Source: Eubacteriales bacterium (GTDB lineage: Bacteria > Bacillota > Clostridia > Oscillospirales > CAG-272). Taken from it: 64,000 nt of DNA. Location of the stretch: contig JAZUBT010000014.1 of the NCBI GenBank assembly GCA_045638685.1, positions 2,147-66,146 of the forward strand, given 5' to 3'. How positions within the stretch are numbered: position 1 is the first letter of the stretch; each line of letters opens with the position of its first letter. Below the pieces are notes generated by a model. It ran no database searches, was not told the origin of the DNA, and saw only the letters and a program-made list of their open reading frames with translations. The position numbers were made by a program, and so were the translations under genes. Positions 1-9,292 of this stretch are shown here, in pieces.

Positions 1-687
1 ATCTTTAAAAATGCCTTTGACTTTTCCGCTATTTTCGGCGGTTTTACAGGCTCCTGTCTTATGTACGGAATTAAGCGCGGACTTTACTCTAATGAGGCAG
101 GTATGGGCTCAGCCCCCAACGCTGCCGCTACCGCTGACGTAAGCCACCCCGCAAAGCAAGGGCTGGTTCAGATGCTTTCCGTATTTCTTGACACTCTGCT
201 TATCTGCACCTGCACGGCGTTTATGTGTCTTTCCTCCGGCATCGACTTCTCTCTTTATAGCGGAAAGGAAGCTTTATACGTTCAGGACGCCCTTTCAAGC
301 TCTCTTGGTGCCTTCGGTCCCATCTTTATTGCCGCCGCTCTTTCGCTTTTTGCCTTCACAACCCTTATCGGAAACTACGCTTACTGCGAGGGCTGTCTTA
401 AATTTATATTCAAACGCTCACTCGGTAAAAAGCCTATGCTTTTATTTGGACTCTCCGCTACCGCTCTCGTGTTTGTAGGAGCTATTGCGAGCGCCGGTAT
501 AGTCTGGGGCTTTGCAGAGCTTACGCAGGCTCTTATGGTACTTGTAAATATGCCCGTCGTAATATATCTTTCAAAATACTCCGTTAGCTGTCTTAACGAC
601 TACTGTAAGCAGCGCAAGGAAGGTAAAAATCCCGTATTTAAAGCAAGGGATATAGGAATTGACGAAAGCCTTGATTTTTGGCAATAA
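1..687 (+). CDS. Sodium:alanine (amino-acid) symporter, AGCS family; C-terminal part only, 5' end outside the window
   Basis: Frame 1 is open from nt 1 (IFKNAFDFSAIFGGFTGSCL precedes the listed Met at 61). SNEAGMGSAPNAAATADVSHPAKQG matches the AGCS-family signature. Several hydrophobic TM segments follow. Confidence 0.85.
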   Translation: MFKNAFDFSAIFGGFTGSCLMYGIKRGLYSNEAGMGSAPNAAATADVSHPAKQGLVQMLSVFLDTLLICTCTAFMCLSSGIDFSLYSGKEALYVQDALSSSLGAFGPIFIAAALSLFAFTTLIGNYAYCEGCLKFIFKRSLGKKPMLLFGLSATALVFVGAIASAGIVWGFAELTQALMVLVNMPVVIYLSKYSVSCLNDYCKQRKEGKNPVFKARDIGIDESLDFWQ

Positions 688-728
688 ATTTTAAAATTTA
701 ATTTTATAATTAAATTCTACAAATCAGA

Positions 729-757
729 TTGACATTTTACCGCTGTTATGGTATAAT
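729..757 (+). promoter_or_regulatory. Sigma-A-type promoter for the 776-1900 lipoprotein gene
   Basis: TTGACA (729-734), 17-nt spacer, TATAAT (752-757), preceded by TGg (extended -10-like). Confidence 0.7.
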
Positions 758-775
758 ATTTATATAATAATTCTA

Positions 776-1900
776 ATGAATAAGGAACTTCGGAATTTCA
801 CTATGAAAAAAACATTAAAATTCCTTTTACTTTTTTCAGTAATGCTTTGTCTGTCTGTACTGTTTCTTTCTTCATGCAAAAAAGACGAGCCGTTTAACGG
901 CATAAACGAAGAGCTCGGTCTTATACTTGAAGGTGGAGATTTTGACGGAAAATCTACGCTTGTTTGCTCAAAAATTACCGAAAGCTTAAACGTTAACGAG
1001 GTAAAAAATAAGCTTTCCGGTCAGGCATACAACGATACGGCAGATCTTTTTATCTATTACATAAAGGTTGTAAAAAATAATTTAACAGTTCAGCCGAAGG
1101 GCAAGGTTACAATAACTCTCCCCGAGCCGTCTGCGTCTTACAGTGATTACGTTGTATTCAACGTTACCGATACCGAAGTAGAAAAGCTGGATTTTACCTT
1201 ATCTAACGGGAAAATCACCTTTGAAGCAACCTCGCTTTCCTATTTTATAATTGCTGACTCACACGTTCATTCCTATACGGAATGGGCTGATGCCACCGAC
1301 GGTATTAATCACACCAGAAGCTGCCCTTGCGGATACGTTGCACTGGTGCCACACGATTATAACGAATGGGTCCCAACGACCAGCGGCAGAAAATATACCT
1401 GTGAAACATGCGGATACGTTCATAACCACGTTCACGAATATATAAGCTTTACCAATGCAAGTAACGGCCGCAGTCATACAAAAACGTGTTCCTGTGGGCA
1501 TACAGATTCCGAAGTTCACAAGTTCGATCAAGGCGTCCCTCATCAAAGCGGTACGCTATACACGTGTACGCTATGCGGTCATAAAAATATTTCACTTGAA
1601 CTTACCGTTAAAATTACAGTTCCTTCAAACAGCAGCGCTATATCCTCGCTTAAAATAAACGGAGCTTCATATACGGAACCGGTCAAGTTTAAATACGGCA
1701 CGGAGATTACCGTTGAAATTAAGCTTAAGTCGGGATATGAATTTATCGGGTGGGAATACGACGATGAAATATTAACAAAAAGCCGTACCTATAAATTTGT
1801 CATAGGCGAGAGCGAATTCACACGCGGCAAAGAGGAAATTGAAATTAAAGTTTGCATTTCAGATAACGATAACGTCATTGACGATCTACCCATTGTATAA
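776..1900 (+). CDS. Lipoprotein with four tandem His/Cys (H..C.CG[YH]) zinc-ribbon-like repeats; function unknown
   Basis: Signal peptide with lipobox (MKKTLKFLLLFSVMLCLSVLFLSSC). The classical signal peptide starts at the Met at 803, so the true start may be 803. Four H-x(15-20)-C-x-C-G repeats occupy aa 163-269. Confidence 0.7.
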   Translation: MNKELRNFTMKKTLKFLLLFSVMLCLSVLFLSSCKKDEPFNGINEELGLILEGGDFDGKSTLVCSKITESLNVNEVKNKLSGQAYNDTADLFIYYIKVVKNNLTVQPKGKVTITLPEPSASYSDYVVFNVTDTEVEKLDFTLSNGKITFEATSLSYFIIADSHVHSYTEWADATDGINHTRSCPCGYVALVPHDYNEWVPTTSGRKYTCETCGYVHNHVHEYISFTNASNGRSHTKTCSCGHTDSEVHKFDQGVPHQSGTLYTCTLCGHKNISLELTVKITVPSNSSAISSLKINGASYTEPVKFKYGTEITVEIKLKSGYEFIGWEYDDEILTKSRTYKFVIGESEFTRGKEEIEIKVCISDNDNVIDDLPIV

Positions 1901-1921
1901 CGTAATTTTATAAATAACCGT

Positions 1922-1966
1922 AAAAAAACCACGAATTTAGCATATACGCTTAATTCGTGGTTTTTA
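1922..1966. terminator. Bidirectional intrinsic terminator between the lipoprotein gene (+) and pflA (-)
   Basis: Stem CCACGAATT (1929-1937) pairs with AATTCGTGG (1952-1960). It is flanked by an A-run on the left and a T-run on the right. Confidence 0.8.
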
Positions 1967-2728
1967 TTATTTAAAGCACTTCTCTTTTAAGGAATTTTCC
2001 AGCGCTCTTACCTTGTCGCAGTCGGCTTCATTTACCTCCGAAAACGGAAATTTTTTTCCCATTTCATTATATTTTACCTGGCATATCTTTCTAAACGGCA
2101 GAAGCTCGAGGTCGTCAATACAGCTGCGTCCTTTTATTATTTCGCAAAGCGCGGAAAGGTTCTCCTCGCTATCGTTTATTTCCGGAATAATCACCTGTCT
2201 TACCGTAGTCGGAATACGCATTTTATCAAGCGTGTCAAGGAATGTAAGCGCTTCTTTAAGCGTCATTCCTACGTTTTCTTTATAAAGCTCATCGCTCGTA
2301 TATTTAATATCAAGAAGAACTCTGTCGGTGTAGGAAAGAAGCTTTATAACGGATTCGTTTAACACCGCGCCCGACGTATCAAGGCAGGTATTTATTCCAT
2401 TTTCCTTACACAGCCTGAAAATTTCCGCGCCGAACTCTGCCTGGCAAAGCGGCTCTCCACCCGAAAGGGTTATTCCTCCGTTTTCACCGAAATAAGCTCT
2501 ATACCGCTCTGCTTTCTTTACTATTTCCGTAGCGCTGTACTCACTACCGCTGCTAAAATCCCACGTATCGGGATTATGACAGCATTTGCACCTTAACGGA
2601 CAACCGCTGAAAAAGACGACGAAACGAACTCCGGGCCCGTCAACCGTTCCGAGCGACTGGAGTGAGTGAACCCGTCCTTTAATATCTTTTGGTTCTGATG
2701 CCGTGGCAAAATCAGTTGTTTTTTCCAT
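1967..2728 (-). CDS. pflA: Pyruvate formate-lyase activating enzyme (glycyl-radical activase, radical SAM)
   Basis: GCPLRCKCCHNPDTW contains the CxxxCxxC radical-SAM cluster motif. The 253-aa size fits, and the gene sits directly downstream of pflB. Confidence 0.93.
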   Translation of the reverse strand: MEKTTDFATASEPKDIKGRVHSLQSLGTVDGPGVRFVVFFSGCPLRCKCCHNPDTWDFSSGSEYSATEIVKKAERYRAYFGENGGITLSGGEPLCQAEFGAEIFRLCKENGINTCLDTSGAVLNESVIKLLSYTDRVLLDIKYTSDELYKENVGMTLKEALTFLDTLDKMRIPTTVRQVIIPEINDSEENLSALCEIIKGRSCIDDLELLPFRKICQVKYNEMGKKFPFSEVNEADCDKVRALENSLKEKCFK

Positions 2729-2879
2729 ATTTTAAATATCAAGAGACGTCCTCCGCTTATTTCGGCTCGGGCGGTATTTTCCGCATACCGTAAAATCCGC
2801 GGGGGACGTCTTTTCCTATCTGTAATTATTTGTTTTCCCGTCAACTCTCTTTAAAAGGCTTAGATAATTATCTCTACAA

Positions 2880-5111
2880 TTAAAGGGAAACGTGGAAGGT
2901 ACGGCTTATTACCTCTTTCTGCTGCTCACGTGAAAGCTTGTTAAAATGCACCGCATAGCCCGAAACACGAATAGTAAGGTTAGGATAGTCCTCGGGGTTC
3001 TCATAAGCCTTCATAAGCGTTTCTCGGTTCATTACGTTGACGTTAATATGGTGCGCGCCCTTTGAGAAATATCCGTCAAGAATAGATACGAGGTTACCTA
3101 TTCTTTCGTCCTCATCTCTACCAAGCGCCTCGGGGGTAATCGAGAAGGTGTTAGAGATACCGTCGCGGCAGTCATCATAGCTTATCTTCGCTACCGAGTT
3201 AAGAGACGCGAGCGCACCGTTTTCCTCTCTGTTGTGCATCGGGTTCGCTCCCGGCGCAAACGGAGCTCCGTTAGGCCTACCGTCAGGAGTTGCACCTGTA
3301 TTCTTTCCGTACATAACGTTTGACGTTATTGTAAGAACAGAGAGCGTATGCTCCGCTTTTCTGTACGTCGGAGTTTTACGAAGCTCGGTGATAACCTTAT
3401 GGGTAAGCTCCTTCGCTATAAGATCTACCCTATCGTCGTCGTTACCGAATTTCGGGAAATCGCCTTCTCTTTCGAAGTCAACTATGTAACCGTCCTCGTT
3501 TCTTATCGCCTTAACCCTTGCGTACTTAATCGCGCTGAGCGAGTCGGTAGTTACGGAAAGTCCAGCTATACCGAAAGCCATAAATCTATGTACCTCAGTA
3601 TCGTGCAATGCCATCTGGATTTTCTCGTAGGCATATTTATCGTGCGTATAGTGAATAACGTTCATTGTATTAACGTAAAGACGCGAAAGCCAGTCAATGT
3701 AAGTATTATATCTCTCCATTACTGTCTCGTAGTCTAAAACGTCATTTTCATAAACCGGCATCTGAGGGCCAATCTTCATAGCGCTCGACGTATCGTATCC
3801 GCCGTTAAGCGCTATAAGAAGGAGCTTCGGCAGGTTGCAACGCGCTCCGAAAAACTGCATTTCCTTACCTATTCTCATAGCGGATACGCAGCATGCAATA
3901 GCATAATCGTCGCCGTATATCGGTCTCATTCTGTCATCGCTCTCGTACTGAATGGAGTCAGTATCGGCGGAAACCTTTGCGCAAAAGCGCTTAAATCCGT
4001 CGGGAAGCGAGGTTGACCAAAGAACAGTTAAGTTCGGCTCGGGCGCAGAACCAAGAGTGTAGAGTGTATTAAGCATACGGAAGGTGCTTTTCGTAACAAG
4101 GCTTCTTCCGTCCTCACCCATACCGCCAAGCGCCTCGGTTATCCACATTGGGTCGCCACCGAAAAGCTCATTATATTCAGGTGTACGCAGGTGTCTTGCC
4201 ATACGGAGCTTCATAACGAAATCGTCCATAAGCTCCTGAGCCTCTACTTCTGTGAGAACGCCGTTTTTAATGTCTCTCTGTACGTATATATCAAAGAACG
4301 TACTTACTCTGCCGAGCGACATCGCCGCTCCGTTCTGCTCCTTGATTGCTCCAAGGTAAGCGAAATACGTCCACTGAATAGCCTCTCTCGCGTTTTTAGC
4401 GGGCTGACTTATATCAAAGCCGTACATTTCCGCCATAATCTTAAGATTACCGAGAAATTCTATCTGCTTGAAAAGCTCTTTTGCAGTACGTATTTGTTCT
4501 TCGTCAAAATTAGTTCCGTTTAACGCCTTTTTGTCCTTTTTCTTCTCCTCTATAAGCTTATCAACGCCATATAGAGCTACACGGCGGTAGTCTCCTATAA
4601 TTCTTCCTCTGCCGTAAGCATCGGGAAGTCCGGTTATAACGTGGCATTTTCTCGCTGCTCTCATTTCTTCCGTGTAAGCTCTGAAAACACCCTCGTTATG
4701 CGTCGTACGGTACAGAAACTCGTCCTCAACCTTCTGGCTGAGCTTATATCCGTACGCTTCACACGCGCTTTTTACCATTCTCTTACCGCCAAAGGGGTTA
4801 ACTCCTCTTTGAAGCGGTCTGCTTGTCTGAATTCCTACGATAATCTCATTTTCCTTATCAAGATATCCGGGCAGATAGCTGGTTAAAGATGATACCGTAT
4901 TTACGTCAATATCAAGAACTCCGCCAAACTGTCTTTCAATCTTAAAAAGAGACTGAAGCTTGTCCATAAGCGCCTTCGTGCGCTCAGTTGCTCCCACAAG
5001 AAAATCTGCTTCTCCTCTGTATTCCTCGTAGTTTTTCTGAATAAAGTCTCTTACGTTGATTTCGCTCTGCCAAGCTCCCGAGGCAAAGCCGTTCCAATTT
5101 TCATGCGTCAT
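2880..5111 (-). CDS. pflB: Pyruvate formate-lyase (formate C-acetyltransferase)
   Basis: C-terminal glycyl-radical motif RVSGYAVHF and active-site IACCVSAM are present. The ATG at 5111 (MTHENW) has a GGAG 7 nt upstream. The ORF-track start at 5123 is a TTG lying inside that RBS. Confidence 0.95.
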   Translation of the reverse strand: MTHENWNGFASGAWQSEINVRDFIQKNYEEYRGEADFLVGATERTKALMDKLQSLFKIERQFGGVLDIDVNTVSSLTSYLPGYLDKENEIIVGIQTSRPLQRGVNPFGGKRMVKSACEAYGYKLSQKVEDEFLYRTTHNEGVFRAYTEEMRAARKCHVITGLPDAYGRGRIIGDYRRVALYGVDKLIEEKKKDKKALNGTNFDEEQIRTAKELFKQIEFLGNLKIMAEMYGFDISQPAKNAREAIQWTYFAYLGAIKEQNGAAMSLGRVSTFFDIYVQRDIKNGVLTEVEAQELMDDFVMKLRMARHLRTPEYNELFGGDPMWITEALGGMGEDGRSLVTKSTFRMLNTLYTLGSAPEPNLTVLWSTSLPDGFKRFCAKVSADTDSIQYESDDRMRPIYGDDYAIACCVSAMRIGKEMQFFGARCNLPKLLLIALNGGYDTSSAMKIGPQMPVYENDVLDYETVMERYNTYIDWLSRLYVNTMNVIHYTHDKYAYEKIQMALHDTEVHRFMAFGIAGLSVTTDSLSAIKYARVKAIRNEDGYIVDFEREGDFPKFGNDDDRVDLIAKELTHKVITELRKTPTYRKAEHTLSVLTITSNVMYGKNTGATPDGRPNGAPFAPGANPMHNREENGALASLNSVAKISYDDCRDGISNTFSITPEALGRDEDERIGNLVSILDGYFSKGAHHINVNVMNRETLMKAYENPEDYPNLTIRVSGYAVHFNKLSREQQKEVISRTFHVSL

Positions 5112-5204
5112 TTTATTCTCCAATCTACTGCCGAGAGGCAGTCATGCGATTTTTTGAATGAATTTTCAGCGCTATACACATTTACCACCAAAAATTCAGC
5201 TACT

Positions 5205-5259
5205 CTGCTAAAAAACAAAAAGGCAGATTAAGCTTTTAGCGTAAAAACTCAATTTGCCC
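5205..5259 (-). terminator. Intrinsic terminator forming the expression platform of the ZTP riboswitch
   Basis: On the minus strand, GGCAAATTGAGTTTTTA-CGC-TAAAAGCTTAATCTGCC is followed by TTTTTGTTTTTT. The 5' arm overlaps the aptamer's CUGGGCA, the arrangement of an ON-switch. Confidence 0.7.
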
Positions 5260-5326
5260 AGACGGTCGACAATATTCTTTTACATTTCACCGCAGTTTTC
5301 TGCGTTTTCCGTCAGTCATGTAAAAG
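5255..5326 (-). promoter_or_regulatory. ZTP (pfl-motif) riboswitch aptamer in the pflB leader
   Basis: The minus strand reads CUUUUACA-UGACUGACGG-AAAA-CGCAG-AAAA-CUGCG-GUGAAA-UGUAAAAG-linker-CGACCGUCUGGGCA. P1 is CUUUUACA/UGUAAAAG. GACGG/CCGUC replaces the consensus GGCGG/CCGCC pseudoknot with a compensatory A-U pair. The 3' CCGUCUGGGCA matches the conserved CCGCCUGGGCA element. Confidence 0.75.
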
Positions 5327-5335
5327 CTCATTTAT

Positions 5336-5364
5336 ATTATAGTTTATTCACTATTATTTGTCAA
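5336..5364 (-). promoter_or_regulatory. Sigma-A-type promoter for the ZTP riboswitch-pflB-pflA transcript
   Basis: On the minus strand, TTGACA (5359-5364), 17 nt, TATAAT (5336-5341). The predicted TSS lies just upstream of riboswitch P1. Confidence 0.75.
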
Positions 5365-5451
5365 TAGATTTACTAAAATATTAATCGAAAATTCACAGTA
5401 AAAAAACAACTCCAAAAAACCTTTCGGAATTTTGGAGTTATCGTTATACTT

Positions 5452-7113
5452 TTAAAAGAGTCCCGTTATTTTTCCGTCAGCGTCAACGTCTATTTTCTCC
5501 GCCGCGGGCACCTTAGGAAGTCCGGGCATTGTCATTATATCTCCGGTAAGAACTACCACAAAACCGGCACCGGCGCTTACTCTTACGTTTTTAACTGTAA
5601 TCTTAAATCCGTTCGGTGCGCAGAGCTTTGTCGGATCGTCGGAAAAGCTGTACTGCGTTTTAGCCATACATACCGGAAGTCTGTCAAACCCGAGCGCTTT
5701 AAGCTGATTTAACTGCTTTATCGCGGAAGGCTGGAAGATAACGCCTTCACCACCGTATATTTTCTTAACAACCGCCTCGATTTTTTCCTCAAGCGAAAGC
5801 TCGTCGGGATAGCAAAAATTAAAGCTGTTTTCGCACTCGCAAAGGCGAACAACCTCTTCCGCAAGCTCGATACCGCCGTCGCCACCCTTGCCCCATACCT
5901 CGGAAAGGCGTACGTTTACACCGAGTTCACGGCATTTTTCAATAATAAGGTTAATTTCCGCTTCGGTATCAGTCGGGAAACGGTTAATCGCAACGACGGA
6001 CGGGAGTCCGTAAACGTCTTTTATGTTCGAAACGTGGCGAAGAAGGTTCGGTATGCCCTTTTCAAGTGCGAGAAGGTTCTCGCTTCCAAGCTCGGTTTTT
6101 GCAAGACCGCCGTGCATTTTAAGAGCGCGTACAGTCGCGACTATTACACAAGCTGCAGGAGTAAGCCCTGCGTAGCGGCACTTTATATCAAGGAATTTTT
6201 CCGCGCCGAGATCTGCTCCGAAGCCAGCCTCAGTTATGGTATAATCGGAAAGCTTAAGCGCCGTTTTAGTCGCGATAACGGAGTTACAGCCATGCGCGAT
6301 GTTTGCAAAGGGACCGCCGTGTACCAACGCGGGAGTTCCCTCAAGCGTCTGGACAAGGTTCGGCTTAATCGCGTCTTTAAGGAGCGCCGTCATAGCTCCG
6401 TTTGCCTTAAGCTCTGCCGCGGTTACGGGCTTTTCATCATAGGTATAGCCTACTATAATTCTTCCGAGTCTTTCTTTAAGGTCTGTTATATCGTTTGCAA
6501 GACAAAGAACTGCCATTATTTCCGACGCAACGGTGATGTCGTAGCCGTCCTCTCTCGGAACTCCGTTTATACGTCCGCCGAGACCGTCGGTAACGAAGCG
6601 AAGCTGTCTGTCGTTCATATCAACGCAGCGCTTCCATGTGATTCTTCTGGGATCGATGTTAAGCGAGTTTCCCTGATAGATATGGTTATCGAGCATAGCC
6701 GCAAGCAGGTTATTTGCCGCGCCTATCGCGTGAAAATCTCCTGTGAAATGAAGATTTATATCCTCCATAGGAACAACCTGAGCGTATCCGCCTCCTGCCG
6801 CTCCGCCTTTAACTCCGAAAACCGGACCGAGAGAAGGCTCGCGGAGCGCAACCATAACGTTTTTGCCGATTTTCTTCATAGCATCGGCAAGACCTATCGT
6901 CGTGGTTGTTTTTCCTTCGCCTGCGGGCGTGGGAGTAATAGCGGTAACAAGGATAAGCTTTCCTTTTTTATCCTCTTTTATCTCGGAAATATTGATTTTC
7001 GCCTTATAATTTCCGTAAAGCTCGGTTGCCTCCTCGGGTATTCCCGCATTCGCGGCAATCTCGCTGATTTTTTTCATTTTTACAGACTGCGCAATTTCTA
7101 TATCGGTAAGCAT
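5452..7113 (-). CDS. fhs: Formate--tetrahydrofolate ligase
   Basis: P-loop [16 protein letters not shown], 553 aa, full-length FTHFS-like sequence. RBS GGAAAGGGAAAG lies upstream. Confidence 0.95.
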   Translation of the reverse strand: MLTDIEIAQSVKMKKISEIAANAGIPEEATELYGNYKAKINISEIKEDKKGKLILVTAITPTPAGEGKTTTTIGLADAMKKIGKNVMVALREPSLGPVFGVKGGAAGGGYAQVVPMEDINLHFTGDFHAIGAANNLLAAMLDNHIYQGNSLNIDPRRITWKRCVDMNDRQLRFVTDGLGGRINGVPREDGYDITVASEIMAVLCLANDITDLKERLGRIIVGYTYDEKPVTAAELKANGAMTALLKDAIKPNLVQTLEGTPALVHGGPFANIAHGCNSVIATKTALKLSDYTITEAGFGADLGAEKFLDIKCRYAGLTPAACVIVATVRALKMHGGLAKTELGSENLLALEKGIPNLLRHVSNIKDVYGLPSVVAINRFPTDTEAEINLIIEKCRELGVNVRLSEVWGKGGDGGIELAEEVVRLCECENSFNFCYPDELSLEEKIEAVVKKIYGGEGVIFQPSAIKQLNQLKALGFDRLPVCMAKTQYSFSDDPTKLCAPNGFKITVKNVRVSAGAGFVVVLTGDIMTMPGLPKVPAAEKIDVDADGKITGLF

Positions 7114-7149
7114 GTTCTTTCCCTTTCCTTATTGAAAATTATTTATTTT

Positions 7150-7178
7150 ATTATACAATAAACAGCCTTGTTTGTCAA
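7150..7178 (-). promoter_or_regulatory. Sigma-A-type promoter for fhs
   Basis: On the minus strand, TTGACA (7173-7178), 17 nt, TATAAT (7150-7155). Confidence 0.75.
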
Positions 7179-7192
7179 GTAATTTATCTGTT

Positions 7193-9001
7193 TTACTTTT
7201 TAAACCAGTAGTATAACGAATATCTTATCAAAAATTTTTGCGAGTTTTCGTAAGCGTTTCTAAGCGTCACGTCTATTCCCTTGGTTGCCGTAGGAATCGT
7301 CGAACAGTACCACTCCTCGCCGCTATTTATGTAAAGGTATTCAATCTTAAAGGCACTGTGAAATATACCTCGACCTATTTTATTAACGCCCGTGCCGAGC
7401 GCTACGGAAGTAAGCTCTGCGCATCCCGAAAACATATATGATAAAATCTCTGACACGCCGTCGCCGATAATAACGGTTTTCAGGTTATCACAGTTTAAAA
7501 ACACCTGTTCACCCATTCTTGTAACACTGTCCGGCACAGTTATCTCGGTTACCGCATCGCAGTCCCTGAACGCGCAGGTTCCGATATATTTTACGCCGTC
7601 CGGTATCGTTATGCCCGAAAGCTTCTCGCATCCCGAGAACGCAAAATCACCTATCGAAACGACGCTGCTCGGAAGCGTAACAGACGTAAGAGCCGAAAAG
7701 CCTTTAAAAACGTTGCCAGCAATACAAAGCGTTCCCTCTTTTACGGTATAAGCGCCCGAAACGTTGTTTAACGCTATTAAATGCTTTCCTACGTATAACG
7801 CGCCGTCCTTCCAATTTGCGGTATTACTGTAAACTCCGGTGTTCTTAAAGGCAGCTCTGCCAATAGCGGTTATGCTGTCGGGTATCGTTACCCAGGTAAG
7901 CGTATTACAGTCAAGGAAGGCAGATTCTGCTATTTCGGTAACGGGCACACCCATATATTTATCCGGTATAGTAACGTCCCCAGCGGCTCCCTTTCCCGAT
8001 TTAAGAATATAATAATCACCGCTGTCGCTTAACTGAAAAACAAAGGCCCTGCTGTATTTCCACGAAACGTATGCGCCGCTCTGAATACAGTCATCGCTCC
8101 AGCCGTTCGGCATTTCTGCTGCCTCGCAATAATAAGAAACGTCGGGACACCCGTCAAAGACTTCCTCGCCTATCTTGGTAACGCTTGACGGAATAATTAT
8201 TTTTTTTAGAGCCGTACAGTTTTTGAACGCTCCGTTCCCTATCTTTTCAATCCCTGCGGACAGCGTAACTTCCTTTAAATATGCAACGCCGTTAAAGACG
8301 TTCGGCGCTATCTCCTTTACGGGAAGGTTATTATACTCACCGGGCACATTGATAGTATCGCCCGTTTCCGCCCCGATACCGACTACGGTATAATATCTTC
8401 CGTCGGAGGAAAGCTGATATTCAAGGGTGCTTTCCTTTGCAAGACCGCCCCCCACCGTTATCGTGCCGCTTTTATTCAACATTCTTTTTAAAGAGGAGTT
8501 TGTAATAGTCGTCGTTCTGCTTTTCAGTTCAAAGCTAAAGAACATATCTACGTTTCCCGCGGTAGCCTTGGTAACCGAAACAATAAATCTATATTGCTTT
8601 TCTTTTCCGCTTCCGTCGCTAAACTTGAATTCAGAGATTACCGAACTATCCTCCTTTGAATAATCTCCTACCGGAAACTCCTCAACCTTATAGCTAAAGT
8701 CGTTTCCGCCCTCCGGAGTGAATTTTATAGTAACCGTTCCCTTTGCGTTTTCCGCAATGTTTTTCATTTCGGAAATCGTAAGGTCAAAAACGGCGTACCC
8801 TTTTTGGTTGGCGGAAACATCGAGGCTCTCCCTCAGTTTTCCGTCAATATCCTCGCTTAAATATTCCTCCTCCGTAAGATATGATACCTTCACCTCCGCC
8901 TTAAGCGTTTTTTTGTTTCCGCAGGAGGAAAAACAGAAAAAAGCGGTAAGTATTACCCCAAAAAGTAATACGTAAATGAGTTTCTTTTTAATAAAAGCCA
9001 T
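7193..9001 (-). CDS. BspA-type leucine-rich-repeat surface lipoprotein, paralog 1 of 5
   Basis: Lipobox FFCFSSCG. It shares an N-terminal module (VSYLTEEEYLSEDIDGKLRESL...YRFIVSV) with the four upstream paralogs. Many ~23-aa LRR_5-like units (V.IP.SVT.IG..AF..C..L) follow. The C-terminus is YYWFKK. Confidence 0.85.
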   Translation of the reverse strand: MAFIKKKLIYVLLFGVILTAFFCFSSCGNKKTLKAEVKVSYLTEEEYLSEDIDGKLRESLDVSANQKGYAVFDLTISEMKNIAENAKGTVTIKFTPEGGNDFSYKVEEFPVGDYSKEDSSVISEFKFSDGSGKEKQYRFIVSVTKATAGNVDMFFSFELKSRTTTITNSSLKRMLNKSGTITVGGGLAKESTLEYQLSSDGRYYTVVGIGAETGDTINVPGEYNNLPVKEIAPNVFNGVAYLKEVTLSAGIEKIGNGAFKNCTALKKIIIPSSVTKIGEEVFDGCPDVSYYCEAAEMPNGWSDDCIQSGAYVSWKYSRAFVFQLSDSGDYYILKSGKGAAGDVTIPDKYMGVPVTEIAESAFLDCNTLTWVTIPDSITAIGRAAFKNTGVYSNTANWKDGALYVGKHLIALNNVSGAYTVKEGTLCIAGNVFKGFSALTSVTLPSSVVSIGDFAFSGCEKLSGITIPDGVKYIGTCAFRDCDAVTEITVPDSVTRMGEQVFLNCDNLKTVIIGDGVSEILSYMFSGCAELTSVALGTGVNKIGRGIFHSAFKIEYLYINSGEEWYCSTIPTATKGIDVTLRNAYENSQKFLIRYSLYYWFKK

Positions 9002-9047
9002 AAGCTATTTTCCTTTCTGAATATTTATTTCTGAATATTTATTTAAG

Positions 9048-9242
9048 CTATTCGGTTACCTTAAACCAATGGAGATGCCTGTGCGTGCTACTTAGCGCGA
9101 CGGCGTTTAACGAGCTATCCGTTACCGTTATTTGAGTACTTCCATCATTCGGATCGGATTCAAGCGATTTTTCGCTTCCGCAGGAGGATAATATTATTAT
9201 AAAAAACAACAACCTGGCAAGCTTTCTTTTTTAAAAAAACAT
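9048..9242 (-). pseudogene. Possible small lipoprotein ORF with an in-frame TAA at codon 4
   Basis: ATG TTT TTT TAA is followed in the same frame by KRKLARLLFFIIILSSCGSEKSLESDPNDG...FKVTE*. That is a lipoprotein-like signal peptide with a lipobox. The RBS is weak (AGAGGA). It could instead start at an internal TTG. Confidence 0.3.
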
Positions 9243-9292
9243 ATTCGTTCCTCTTTTAAATGCTTATTTTAATTGCCGGGGTTATAACCGCA

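Noticed and set aside
6034-7161. 375-aa ORF on the + strand
   Set aside because: It lies entirely antisense to the unmistakable fhs gene. The translation is Arg/Ser/Cys-rich with no recognisable motif and no RBS. It is a shadow ORF.
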